From Piromyces finnis finn (Eukaryota > Fungi > Neocallimastigomycota): 64,000 bases of DNA. The translations under genes and the position numbers were made by a program. Shown here one piece after another: positions 10,566 to 22,659 of this stretch (within the stretch, counting starts at the first letter, position 1; each line of letters begins with the position of its first letter). The stretch covers positions 620,001 through 684,000 of the forward strand of contig MCFH01000019.1 in NCBI GenBank assembly GCA_002104945.1, in the 5' to 3' direction. The notes under the pieces are model-generated. The model had not been told where the DNA came from, searched no databases, and saw only the letters and a program-made list of their open reading frames with translations.

Positions 10566-13500
10566 TTATAATAAATCGCTAATATTATTATTTAATACCT
10601 TTAATAAATTTTTAAATCCTGTTTCTACACAATGATAATAATAATATTGATAATCTAGTTTAGGCTTGATGATATCTTTATTTTTAGTAGCTTTTTCACA
10701 TATATTCTTATACAAGTCTAAAGACATGATTTTATCACCTAATAAAGTTGAATTTTTATTAAATGAAAATGAATTGGTATCTATGATAATATAATCTACT
10801 TTTTCACCAATTTTGTAATCCAAATTATACATTTTATGATTATTAACAAATAATAAGACATAATAAGATTTGTTGACATACTTTGGTCCAATAGACAATT
10901 TCATAATCAACTTTTCTAATTGTACGTTACCAGAAAGAAATTTATTTTTCATTTCTAATACCTTATGACGTATCTCTTTTTCTGGATAATCAAAAAGAAT
11001 CATGTATAAAAATATTTTATAGTAATCTCTAATGAAAATACAAGTATTTTTTTTTAATAATATCTATTCCTTTAATATAAAACTCTGATGCATTTGCCAA
11101 AACACCACAATACTTTTTTTGGATATGATCAACATTCTTTTAAATGTGTTTTCATATTTTAAATGCATTCCATCTGGTAATTGATTGGTAACATATTCAG
11201 CTACTGAATGACAATCTTTAATAAAGCTGTTTACATCGAAATCTTTAGAATTACTTTTATCTTTATCACTTTATATATTATTATTATTACCATCATCCTT
11301 ATTAATATCCCTATTATTAGAGATATTATTTTTATTTAAATTATTTTTATTATTTAAATTATTTAAGTTTTCCAAATATTCTTTTTTGTATTCGATTAAG
11401 CATGAATCTGTATCACCATAAGTTACTCTAAAATTAGTATTTCCACAGATTAAATCAATAGTTTTATTTAAAGTAGTTTCTTCCCATTCCTGTAGTACAT
11501 TCAGCACCTGGTAAGAATCTTAAATATTTTAAGGAACTTGAACCAAGACATCCATAATGGTTCAATTATGGTAGCACCTTTATAACTAGAAATATCCGAA
11601 TTATCAATATCAACACATATATTATTGTCATAACAATATTTATATAACAAATTGGCAAACTTTTTATTCTGACCATTTTTATAAACTTTATCCACACGAA
11701 TTCTTGAAGTTTTAGCGATTTCTAAGAGTTGAATCCATTGATACGAAATGTTAAATATTTCCAGAGTTAAGATGGAATCATAATACAATACATGGCTACT
11801 TTATTTAAAGAATCATCAGTATTTTCATGAATTAAGTAAAACATATCTTTGTAGGGAAAATCAATCTTGTGCTTATTCAATAACTGTTCTGATACATAAT
11901 TTAAACTAGCAGAAGGTAAATTTAAAGATTTTGCACATTTGAAAATATCAATTGCTATTCTTTCCGAAATCTTAAGTTCAACTTCATTACTTGAGGTAGT
12001 TATAAATTTTGTAGGCATATTCCGAATTCTATTAGCTTTGAAAGATGAATCCTTATCATCAATGATTAAATGCATACTAGTTCTTTGTGCAAAATATCTG
12101 TAATCAAATTCAAAAGCATTATATCCAATAATCAAATCAGGATCTAAATTTCGAATTTGTTTAAAAAATTCACAAATTAAGTCATATTCAGATTCAATAA
12201 AAATAATATCATATTTATCATTTAAAACATTATTTTTTAAAAGTTTATCTTTTTTTGATTTTTCATGTTTAATAATAAATACTTCAATTGGTTCTAATAA
12301 AGTGGTAAAGATATCAAACGCCACAGACTAATATCTTTAATGTAACTTAAGCCATAAATATTATTATTTAAGTTACACGAATTATATTACAGAAAAAGAA
12401 AATGGGACATAATTTATTTATTAATAATTAAAGTTTAAAACAAAATAAATTATTAATTTGTTTTTAATGTTTAATAAATAAATTAAAATTCTCAATTCAA
12501 ACTCATAGTTTTAGTATTGTTTTTCATAGAAATAGATAAATAATATATATGATTAATATATCAATAATACATAGGCACATATTCAAATTGAATAATACTT
12601 AATTTGAATTGCCAATTGTATTTTATTAAAAATAGTTATAGTTTAAATATTTATTAATAATTAAGATTTTAGTGTAGATTTTAAATAATAATATATAAGA
12701 AATAAATAGTTATAATATAATATAAATGTATTGAGGAAAAATATAAATAGAAGATATTTTTCATCATTTTATCGATATAATTGTTATTAACAATTTTATT
12801 ACAATAAATTAATAAAAAACTATTTTTTATAAAACATATTTATTTTGTATTGTTATTGTGATAGGTTAGATATCCTAATCTATTCAGTTTAGTGTCTGAC
12901 TTAACAAAAGTTTCCTCTTTTACTGTATTGTCATTATTATTTAAAGAATCATCTTTAATTAACTTAACATTTACTACACTATTATTTAACATACTTTTTA
13001 ATTTATTATATCTTTTTTTAGTATCAGAATGATATGTAAAATTATTATTTAAAAGTTTCTTTAATCTATTATATCTATTTTTTACTTCAGTATTATTATT
13101 TATAATAATAGTGTCTTTATTAACATCATTACCTTTATTATTCATAACTTTATTATCGTTGATATCAATATTAATATTATTATAATTATCATTATTATTT
13201 ATATTAGATTTAATATTATAATTATTATTATTATCTGACTTATTATATATATTACTATTATTAATTACATTTTTATTATTATCATATTGATTATTAATAT
13301 CATTATTTTCACTATTATCATTATCTATATTATTATTGATATTATTTTCATCAAAAAAATTAAACTTTTTACATGAATCATTAAATTTATTAATATCAAT
13401 AAATGAAATAAATGAAGGATCTATTTCATTTAGTTTTAATTCGTTTACTATATTATTTTTATCTTTATATTTAACACAAATGGTAATGTTTCTTTGGATG

Positions 13501-14077
13501 TCTTTATAATGATATACAATACTAATAGTCGATATAAAATCATTATATAAATAACTATTTGGAAAAGATCCAAAATCATGAGACATACATTCAATATCAA
13601 ACGATAATATGGATGATTCTGGATATTTATCAATATTTTTTGCATGAATACTTTTATAGCTAACAATATATTCATTATTAAAAGTAGTATAATGATCTGA
13701 ATTATTTTCTTGATAACTTTTCGAATAAATCCATCCAATAGTATCCTAATTTTGAATGGAAAGAAAAGATGATACTATATCCACATTAAATAACGTTGAT
13801 TGGAATGAAACATATTCAGAATATTTTTTAAATACACTTTGTAAATTGTTTGTTCTCCATCAAGATAATGTCGTAATAATATTTTTTTCAAGACTTCTTT
13901 TTTATTATTAATATAATCGAAATTTCTATTTACCGAATCAGAATATTTAAATAAAGGAAAATCCTTAATCACAACAGCTATTTTACTATCATTTTCATTG
14001 TAACCAAATCCAATAATAATAGGATAATCATCCTTAATGAACAATTCCCAATTATAAATATAACAAGTTAATGACAT
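10566..14077 (-). pseudogene. polB: Viral-type family B DNA polymerase (RNA-primed), fragmented
   Basis: ExoI AFDI, ExoII PDLIIGYNAFEFDYRY, YKGATIIEP, YGCLG...AECTTGMGR, YGDTDS (11403-11420), KK/YCG, IKGIDII; no C-terminal Zn-finger module. Confidence 0.92.
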
Positions 14078-14315
14078 TATAATTAATAAATTATATTTTT
14101 GTTATTGTATTTATTTATTAAAATTATCTGTTTATTAATATTCATGTATATATGCATATATGTATATGTATATATATATGTATACATTTATGTATATATG
14201 TTTATGTATATATAATAACAATATATTTTAATATATATAATATCTATACCAAATACAATTATTTTTTTATATGTTTTCCATATATATATTTTAAATATAA
14301 AAAATCATTTATAAT

Positions 14316-14537
14316 TTACAATAAAATATATTTATCATTAATAATCAGATTATATATGTATAAATAGTGAATAATATCAAAAGTATATTCCATATAATCT
14401 TCATTAGCATTCATATTGATTATATCCTTAAAAAGTTCATTAACTTTATTCTTATATTCTGGATTATCAAGATTTTCGGAATCAAAATTAGAAAATTCAT
14501 AATTTTTAATAATAAAGATTACATATAACATTGGCAT
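14316..14537 (-). CDS. Hypothetical protein (possible viral orphan or fragment)
   Basis: 73-aa ORF with protein-like composition inside the viral cluster; no motif recognised. Confidence 0.35.
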   Translation of the reverse strand: MPMLYVIFIIKNYEFSNFDSENLDNPEYKNKVNELFKDIINMNANEDYMEYTFDIIHYLYIYNLIINDKYILL

Positions 14538-14539
14538 AT

Positions 14540-14755
14540 TTAATTTGCTAAATCGGATTTCATTTCATCGGAAGTATTCCTATTAATTATATGGACCTTT
14601 ATAAAATTTAAAAATTCTTTAATGTATAAAGAATTATTATACTTTCCAGTAGTAGTGCTTATCAGTTTGTACTGGATTTGTTGAAGTATAAATTTTTCAT
14701 AACCATTACTTTTTCTTTTTAATTGGTGAGTAATTTTAATAGAATCTATACTCAT
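14540..14755 (-). CDS. Hypothetical protein (possible viral orphan or fragment)
   Basis: 71-aa ORF directly upstream of the 14316-14537 ORF, same strand; no motif recognised. Confidence 0.35.
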   Translation of the reverse strand: MSIDSIKITHQLKRKSNGYEKFILQQIQYKLISTTTGKYNNSLYIKEFLNFIKVHIINRNTSDEMKSDLAN

Positions 14756-15085
14756 TATATTTATTAAATTATTTTATTAAATGAATTGGATTATATTAAT
14801 CATTTTATATTATTTTTTTTCAGTTACTTATTTAATAAATTAATTGATATATATATTACATACATAATATATGTATATTATGGATATATATATATTATAA
14901 TATGTTATTAAAATATAAATAAATATAATTATTTATATTCAAATTTTAAATTTGAAAATAGAAATAATAGAATTAATAAATATAAATAAATATTTTATTT
15001 ATAACAAATGATTTAATATTTTATATATTTAATATTTATAAACAATAAAAAAATAGACTAGTTCATTCTTCTTTAAAGAATTAGT

Positions 15086-15814
15086 TGTAAAGATATAAAA
15101 TATATCCTTAAATTATTTAATAATTAATTAATTATTAAATAATAATTTTGACATTTTAATGAAAATTTATTTGTAAAATTTATTATATAAATTTTATGGA
15201 ATAATTAAATAAAGATTAATTTTAAAATATCAAAGTTAGAAATAAAATTTGAATAAATATTTAAATTAATGGATAATTAAATTTAAATATTTTAAATATT
15301 CAAATTAAATCTTAAAAAGTTTTTATTTAATTAAAATTAGTTTAATAACTTTAGCGTAGTTTTAAATTAGCATTTTTAATAGCAAATATATAATAAATAG
15401 TATTATTAATATTTAATTAATATATAGAATATATAGGTAATACATGGACTGTATTCAATTTGTAGTTTACTCAAATTGAATCAAAAGTGTATTTAATTAG
15501 TTTTAGTTTAGTTTTATTATTTTATATTTAATTAAATTAGTATTAAATTAGTTTTGCTTATTTTATATTGAATATATGTATAATTAAATAGAATAGTATA
15601 TTAAAATATAATTTACAAAAAATATAAATACATGTAAAATTTCTTGATTAAAACAATGTAATTGTTATTAACTATTATTTAGTTAATAACTAAATAAAAT
15701 TAATAAAAGAGATATTTTAAATAATTTGTTTTCTTGTTTCTTTTTATTTATTTTGTGTTTGTTGTTTTATTGTAAAAATTTTATAATTTGTTTTGATATA
15801 TAAAACCTTTTACA
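15086..15814 (-). repeat. Solo LTR (family B)
   Basis: Diverged inverted copy of 8720-9468; TGTAAAAG start on the minus strand; flanks TTAGT / TTAGC (4/5 TSD match). Confidence 0.8.
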
Positions 15815-15848
15815 TTAGCATTTATCCAAATCACTACATTTTTAAGAA

Positions 15849-16439
15849 ATGTCTGAAGTTATTAAAATCGTATCACAAAAAAGATTAAACGAATTAAAGC
15901 GTACAGTAATTATTGATGATAATGATCTTGTTTTAAATACTATATGTGATAAAGTTTCAATAGATGAAAAGGATAAATCATTTACTGTTAAAAAATTGAA
16001 AAAAACCATAGAATTAATATATAAATTACTTGGTGATTTAAACAATGATGAATTTCCTTCAGAAATCACCAAGTCATTAAAACCTCATATTACAAGTAAA
16101 TTAAGTAATACATTTTGTTTTAAACAACCATCTGAAAATAATAACAGTAATAAAAAAATTATTTTTGAAAGAGCACCAATTATATTCTATTCAAATATTC
16201 AGTTAGCATTAGAAATTCCTTACAAAGAAATTAAGAAGGATATTAAACTTCAAAAATTACCAGAACATTACCATTTCTTTGTATTCCCATTAACCATGGA
16301 TGATAAAGAGTATATTATTACTTACGCTGAAGAAAACAAATATTCAAAAAGAGAAATCATTGAAATATTACTTGATGATGTTGAAGTTAGTAAAGACGTA
16401 CTTTCCCATGAAATTAAAACCAAATATGGATTTATTTAA
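15849..16439 (+). CDS. Hypothetical protein, 196 aa, intact (probable viral orphan)
   Basis: Uninterrupted ATG-TAA ORF with globular-type composition between PolB and D5. Confidence 0.6.
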   Translation: MSEVIKIVSQKRLNELKRTVIIDDNDLVLNTICDKVSIDEKDKSFTVKKLKKTIELIYKLLGDLNNDEFPSEITKSLKPHITSKLSNTFCFKQPSENNNSNKKIIFERAPIIFYSNIQLALEIPYKEIKKDIKLQKLPEHYHFFVFPLTMDDKEYIITYAEENKYSKREIIEILLDDVEVSKDVLSHEIKTKYGFI

Positions 16440-17119
16440 TAATATATGTTCTTTTTATTTATTTTTATTACTATATTAATAATATTAATAAACTATTTAA
16501 TAATAATTATATATAAATGTATGTAAATAAACCAATTATGATGTCATCTATTCATTCCTATATTATTATTATTATTATTAGATGAATAAGATACCAATAG
16601 GATATAAGTTATAAATTGAATATGAATAGAATATTAATAAATTATTAATAATATGAAATTAATATATTAATAAAAAAAATAAATATATATTTATAGGTAT
16701 ATATTATATATAAACTATATATAATTGTAATTTTATAATTTAAACATTTTATATATTTTATATATTACAAATCATTAAATTTTTTTAAAAATATATTATA
16801 AATAAATTAAATTAAATTATAAAGTAAACATTAAATATAATAATAGTAATAATATTATATATATTGATATATTAATATATATCAACATATATATATAATA
16901 TATTATTTTTTTTTAAAATGAAAATTTTTAATTTTACTTTATGTTTACAAAGTTTTTCATTAATAGTAAGTTTATTTGTCTATTAAATGGTAGCAGTAGC
17001 AATAAATACACAGGATATTGATACAAGTAGTATTAACATATACCATCCAATTGTATACTTTTTATTTATCCTTTTAAAGTATGAAGAAACTAAAAGAACA
17101 AAATCTTATTCTTTGATTT

Positions 17120-18730
17120 GATTGCTAAATACCTAGAAACCTACAATATAAAAGTTGATAATGATGAAAGTATTGAAAAGAATAGAATCCCAAATGAAGA
17201 AATTGGAATTCTTAATAATCGATTAAATAATATAAAGATTTAAGGAAACAATACTTTGGAAAATAAAAATTCAAAAATGACATTATTGATATTATTTATA
17301 GTTGTATTGATGAATTTGGTTTACGTATTGTAAATATTTCTCGATTAATAACTATTAAAAAGTATTATGGTAAAACTTCATTATCAAATCATTCTGTATT
17401 CAATATAATTTTAAATTTGGGATATTTCGTGTATTGTGACAAGGAATAAGGAATAGTATAAAATCTTTTACAGTATTAATGGATGGAAATCAATAAGTTC
17501 TTACGACATAGCTAAAGAAATAAATTTGTATTTGACATGAAATCTTAAGAATATGTGTATTGAATACAATATATCTTTAGATGGCATCACTAATGAATTA
17601 ATGAATTTCTTTACCAATCATACCATAACCTAAAATCTCTTGGAACTACTCGAAACCTTCTTTTACACCCATGATTTTATTAAACGAATTGACAAATGTA
17701 ATGTATTAAGATTCGAAGATTGCATTTATGACTTTGATATTGGAGCTCCACGTCCTGGACGTCCTAATGATTTTTGTCTTAAGTCAACCAATTACAATTA
17801 CTATAATGATAATAGGGATAAAATGGAAGAAGTCTATCAATTCTTAAGAGATATTTTTGTTGAGGAAGACTTGATAAATTATGTATTGAAAGTAATTGCT
17901 TCTACTCTTACTCTTGGTAATAAATTACGTTCCATTTCATTGGATCTGGTCGTAATGGTAAAACTACCTTTACCAATATGTTAAGACTTGTACTTGGAGA
18001 TTATGCTGCTACTCCAAACGTATCCTTATTTCTAGGAAAGTCCACCAATGCTGATAAACCAAGTCCTCATATGATGGATCTTAATAAATGTAGAATTTCG
18101 ATTTGTGAAGAACCAGATGCTCGATCCATTAATATCACCGGTGATGCTAAAGCCATTACAGGAAATGCCGGATATATTAAGACTAGATCTTTGTATAAAT
18201 ATTTGCAAACTGTTTATGTTGATTTATTACCAATTATCAATACCAATGATAAATTAATTATATCCAATTTGGATAATGCTTTAATTGATGGAATTTTGGT
18301 AATTCCTTTCACTCAACGTTTTGTTAACAAAATGAATATCTCAATATTATCATCCACTCAAAACATTAATAACTCTTCCATCAAGCATGCCAATACAATG
18401 TGGCAAGGCTCTCATGTTCAAAGCTATGCTGAAGCATTAATCCACATTTTGATCAAAAATTATCAAAAAGACTATACAAGTTGAGATACCTCATAGTGCA
18501 TCCATGCTACAAAGCATTTCATTATGAGATGTGACCATATAGCCAGATTCTTGGAAAAGTATATTATTGATAAAAATGATAACTCTGCCATTCCTATTGA
18601 TGATGTTTATTCCTTATGTAAAGGTTGGTTTAAAAATTTTGTTTCTACTAGAGTTCTAAGTTACAGTTTGGAAGATTTCCGTATGGATTTAATTAAATAT
18701 AATAAGAATAAAAAGTGTAATGTCATATGA
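17120..18730 (+). pseudogene. D5: D5-like primase / superfamily 3 helicase
   Basis: Walker A GSGRNGKT (17942-17965, across a frameshift), Walker B RISICEEPD, PIINTN, VIPFTQRF; degraded 5' part. Confidence 0.9.
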
Positions 18731-19364
18731 TCATTTAGTTGGATCTATTATTGGATATAGATTGGCAAAATTAAAAAAAATATTTAATTGCTGTTTATTA
18801 ATTAAAATAGTCTAAATTCTATATATTATTAGTTTTATTTAAATAATATGTGTTATTATTATTTTTAATTATTTATTAAAATAAAATTTTTAAATGTTTA
18901 ATTTTATTAAATAAATAATATTTGTATATTTTGCTTATATTTATTTTAGCAATATTAAAATTTTAATATAATTTTATTTATTTTTTAAAAAATAATTCAT
19001 AATATAAATACTTATTTATTTTTATTACTAATAATTATTGTATATATTATATGCAAAATATTATAATTAACTTAATTATTGACTGTTTATTTACATATAT
19101 ATTAATGTTTATTATATAGTTAAAATGTTGTTTATTATATTATAAAATACTTTAATTATGTTTTTAAAATTAAATCTAATACTAAGTATTTAATATGTAT
19201 TATAAATGGTATAAATATTATATATATGAATATGAATATATATATATGTATATATGTATTTGTTAATATAACTATTATTTTAAAATGTAAAAAATAAATA
19301 TTTGAATATATGTAAATTAATTTTTTTTAAAATATTTTTTTAATAATAAAAAAATAATTATAAT

Positions 19365-19849
19365 TTATTTTTCATTTAGAGTTGTATGTATTCCGATGGA
19401 ATCTAAATAAGAATTCATAATATTAAAACTATTTAAAATTGTTAAATATTTTGTTGTGGAATTACAACATGTTTCAGATATACTTATTGAATGACAAATA
19501 TTACAATATATAATTTCCATAACATCTGTATTATTTCAAAACATATCCTTTAATATGGCATTGACACCATGTGTTATTAAAGCATCCTTTTCCATTTCTT
19601 CGATTCTTAAGCCACCATTATATTAGCCTTTCCTTCCGTTGGTTGCTTACTAATAGAATTAACACTTCCGATAATACGATAAAACATTTTTTCTTCTTGA
19701 CGTTGTAAAGCTGTATAATAACAAACGCCTACAAATGCAGATCCTATATTTATTCCTGTTTTAGGATCTATCATATTTTCCATGATTGGTATTCTACTTT
19801 CAATAAATGTTGATCTGAAATTTTTTATATCTTTACTTTCTATGGAAGC
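19365..19849 (-). pseudogene. RPB2: Viral-type RNA polymerase second-largest subunit, C-terminal fragment (not in the ORF track)
   Basis: Manual translation: MIDPKTG...AFVGVCYYTALQ...KQPTEGKAN/NGGLRIEEMEKDALITHG...YCNIC...TCC; one frameshift and one stop. Confidence 0.85.
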
Positions 19850-21656
19850 CTGACTATCCTAACGGTACAAGAGAACAATATTATTACTATAAGAAACATC
19901 CGAGAATTTACGGAGAATTTACGGCTCCAAAATATCTAACAGTGCCGTTTCGTCCCGAGGATTTCAAAGATTTATCCGCCCTTAAAATCCAGAATAACCA
20001 AGTGTATTTCAAAATACTCCACCTCGATACAGAAACATAGATCAAGATTATAAGTACCTTAGATCACTCAAGACGTATTTACAGACCTACACACCCAGGG
20101 TATCTGAGTCACAAATCAGGGACGCCATTTTAGAAAGAGGGGGCAAGGAAGTTAAGCACTGGTATTACAACGTATTCAATAAAAAACTAGACAATCAAGA
20201 AGTCGAGTGGAATGGCACAACCACATGGAGAAAACTTAATTTATTCGTTCATCATTTTGAAAAGGAATTTTGTGAGAGTACTATAGATGAACAAGAATTA
20301 TTTTGGAGAAACATTAAACCTATTCATGAAATAAACGAAGAAAAATTCGAAAATCTAGTGGAAAACGAAGAACGATACGCCGATAATTTAAATAAATCTT
20401 TTTACAGTAGATTTTTAAAGATTTCAAAGAACTGTAATAACGTTCTCGTTAAAGAATGTTTAAAAAAACTATCTCAACTCCCAGCTTACAACCCACGGGA
20501 AGATTTCGATGAACAAAATTTAAAAAATACCCTAATAATATAGAACATACTCTACAATCAGGGGAAACTATTCCAACTGAGGGACCTACACAACATAGAA
20601 AGAAAAACTTCTATTATGACAAAATAATTCTAAATGATGACCTTATCTTCAAAATGAAAAAACTTAAGTTAGAACCAAACTACTACCCTTATTTCCTTAA
20701 TATTCAAGAAAATAGGTCGGATGAATCGAAAGAAATATTAAGTAAAAGAAACTATGTGGAAGATCCCGATTGGGATAAAAAATATCTCGACAGAAAACAG
20801 AGAATTATCATAAAGGGAATGAATATTCAAAATGACGAACAAACTCATAATATTGAATCAGTTATTAAGAGGAACTTCAAGAATTCATTATCAAGGAAAT
20901 TGAAAAACTTCCTGAGGAACTTCAACTATATAAAGAAGTTTTTCAAATTCCAAGAACTGGAAGAGGCAAATAAAATAGAGAAGACTAGGACTAGCTCAGC
21001 TTGCAATGTTTTTAATGTCCCTAAGAAAGATGGAATTTTAGAACTGTCTTCAACTATGTAATGGTTAATAACTGCTTTCATTACAATAGGTATCCTATCC
21101 CAAAAATAATTGAATTGGTCCATAGGGCTGTTATATACAAGTATCATATTCTCTTGGATCTTCGGAATGCATACAATCAAATATATTTGGAACCTAGATA
21201 CCGATTCCTAACTAGTTTTAGATTTAAGAATCAAACATATCAATGGAAAGTTTTACCATTTGGTCTTTCTACTGCCCCATCAATATTTCAATCAATACTT
21301 AATTTACTTTTGGCCAAACATCTAAACAAAGGAATCGACGCATATTTGGATGATATTCATATTTATGAAAATACAAAGGAAGAATGTCTTAAATTATGTG
21401 CTTTCACACTGAAGAAGTTTCAAGAAAATAATTTTTATTGCAAACTTGAAAAATGTGTATTTTTCCCTAAAGAGTTCGAATATTTGGGATATAAAATTAT
21501 TTTCGACCAAATCAAACCCATTTCAAACAAAACGGTAAACCTTAAAGAATGTTTTACATAAAAGGAATACCAACAATTATATGGATTCCTTAATTATTTT
21601 AAGGATTACATTAAAAACTTCACTGAGAAGACCAAAAATATTTCACAAGGACTTTC

Positions 21657-22060
21657 TGTAAAAGTATAAAATTTAAAACAAATTTTATACTTTTAATCAA
21701 TTTGAGTAAACTCAAAATTAAATAAAGCTCATGTATTATCTATAAATTAATTTAATATTATCAATACTATTCTTAATATATTTCCTATTGAAATATAAAC
21801 AAATCTATTTTTAAAACTAAGTTTAAATTTAAATAAAAAAAGTATTTAAAAAATATTTTAATTATTTAAAATATATGAAATATTTAAATTTAATTAAAAT
21901 TTTTTATTCCTTAAATTTAAATATTTATCTTAACTGAATTATTATAAAATAATTTATTATTAAATTATTCCATAAAATTTATTCAAAAATTATATAATTA
22001 ATTTTACTAAATATTAATAATTAATTATTAAATAATCTAAAGATATATTATATCTTTACA
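21657..22060 (+). repeat. Solo LTR (family B, internally deleted)
   Basis: TGTAAAAG...TCTTTACA; TSD CTTTC; removal restores QGLSNKTTKW. Confidence 0.9.
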
Positions 22061-22524
22061 CTTTCCAACAAAACGACAAAATGGACCCCTGAAATGGAAA
22101 GCGAATTAAAATTCTTTTGCAATCTAATCCCTAATCTCCCAAATCTAGCTCCTTTTAAATCTAACCTTGATATATTTATCCTAACTGTAAAGAAATGTGT
22201 CTTTAACAATAAAAACAAATTATAATATTTACTAAATAACTTAGTAATATTAACACTTTAAAATATTCTGTAAATTATTAATTTATAAAAATATCATTAA
22301 AAACACATAGAATTTAACTTAATAAGTTAGTGTTTAATAATATAATTATTTATTAATAAAATCTCGATTCTTTAAAATATTTGGGAAAATTCACTCGTAT
22401 TTATACTAAAAATTTTTAAATTAATTTATAAAATTTTTTCAACTTAAAATTCTTAACCAATCAATAATCTTCATATAAAATAAAATTTGAAAATAAAATA
22501 AAATTATAATTTTTTAAAATATTA

Positions 22525-22590
22525 TCTATGAGGTCTCGAACTAGTGTCATTCAGACTCAAAGTCTTAGCTACTAATCATTAAGGCAATTT
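22525..22590 (-). other. Degenerate tRNA-Gln(TTG)-like sequence with A and B boxes, inside LTR G
   Basis: Minus strand: TAATGATTAGTA-GCTAAGAC-TTTG-AGTCTGAATGACACT-AGTTCGAGAC. Confidence 0.7.
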
Positions 22591-22659
22591 AGTTATTTCT
22601 AGTATTCTGATAAATAATGAAATTAATAAATATAAAATTATTATTATACCTGATTTTTA

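Larger units (their letters stand above)
7950..19850. mobile_element. Endogenous large DNA virus remnant (Nucleocytoviricota-type informational gene cluster)
   Basis: Four co-located hallmark pseudogenes with no evident introns: RNAP largest subunit, PolB, D5 primase-helicase, RNAP second subunit. Confidence 0.85.

Noticed and set aside
12400-12840. Spliceosomal intron or MITE within polB
   Set aside because: No convincing GT-AG frame repair, terminal inverted repeats or TSD were found; treated as an unassigned AT-rich insert.
10566-14077. Host Pol delta, or the protein-primed PolB of a Polinton or linear plasmid
   Set aside because: There is no C-terminal cysteine module and no evident introns. 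The motifs are of the RNA-primed type (YKGATIIEP), and the gene sits with D5 and two RNAP subunits.
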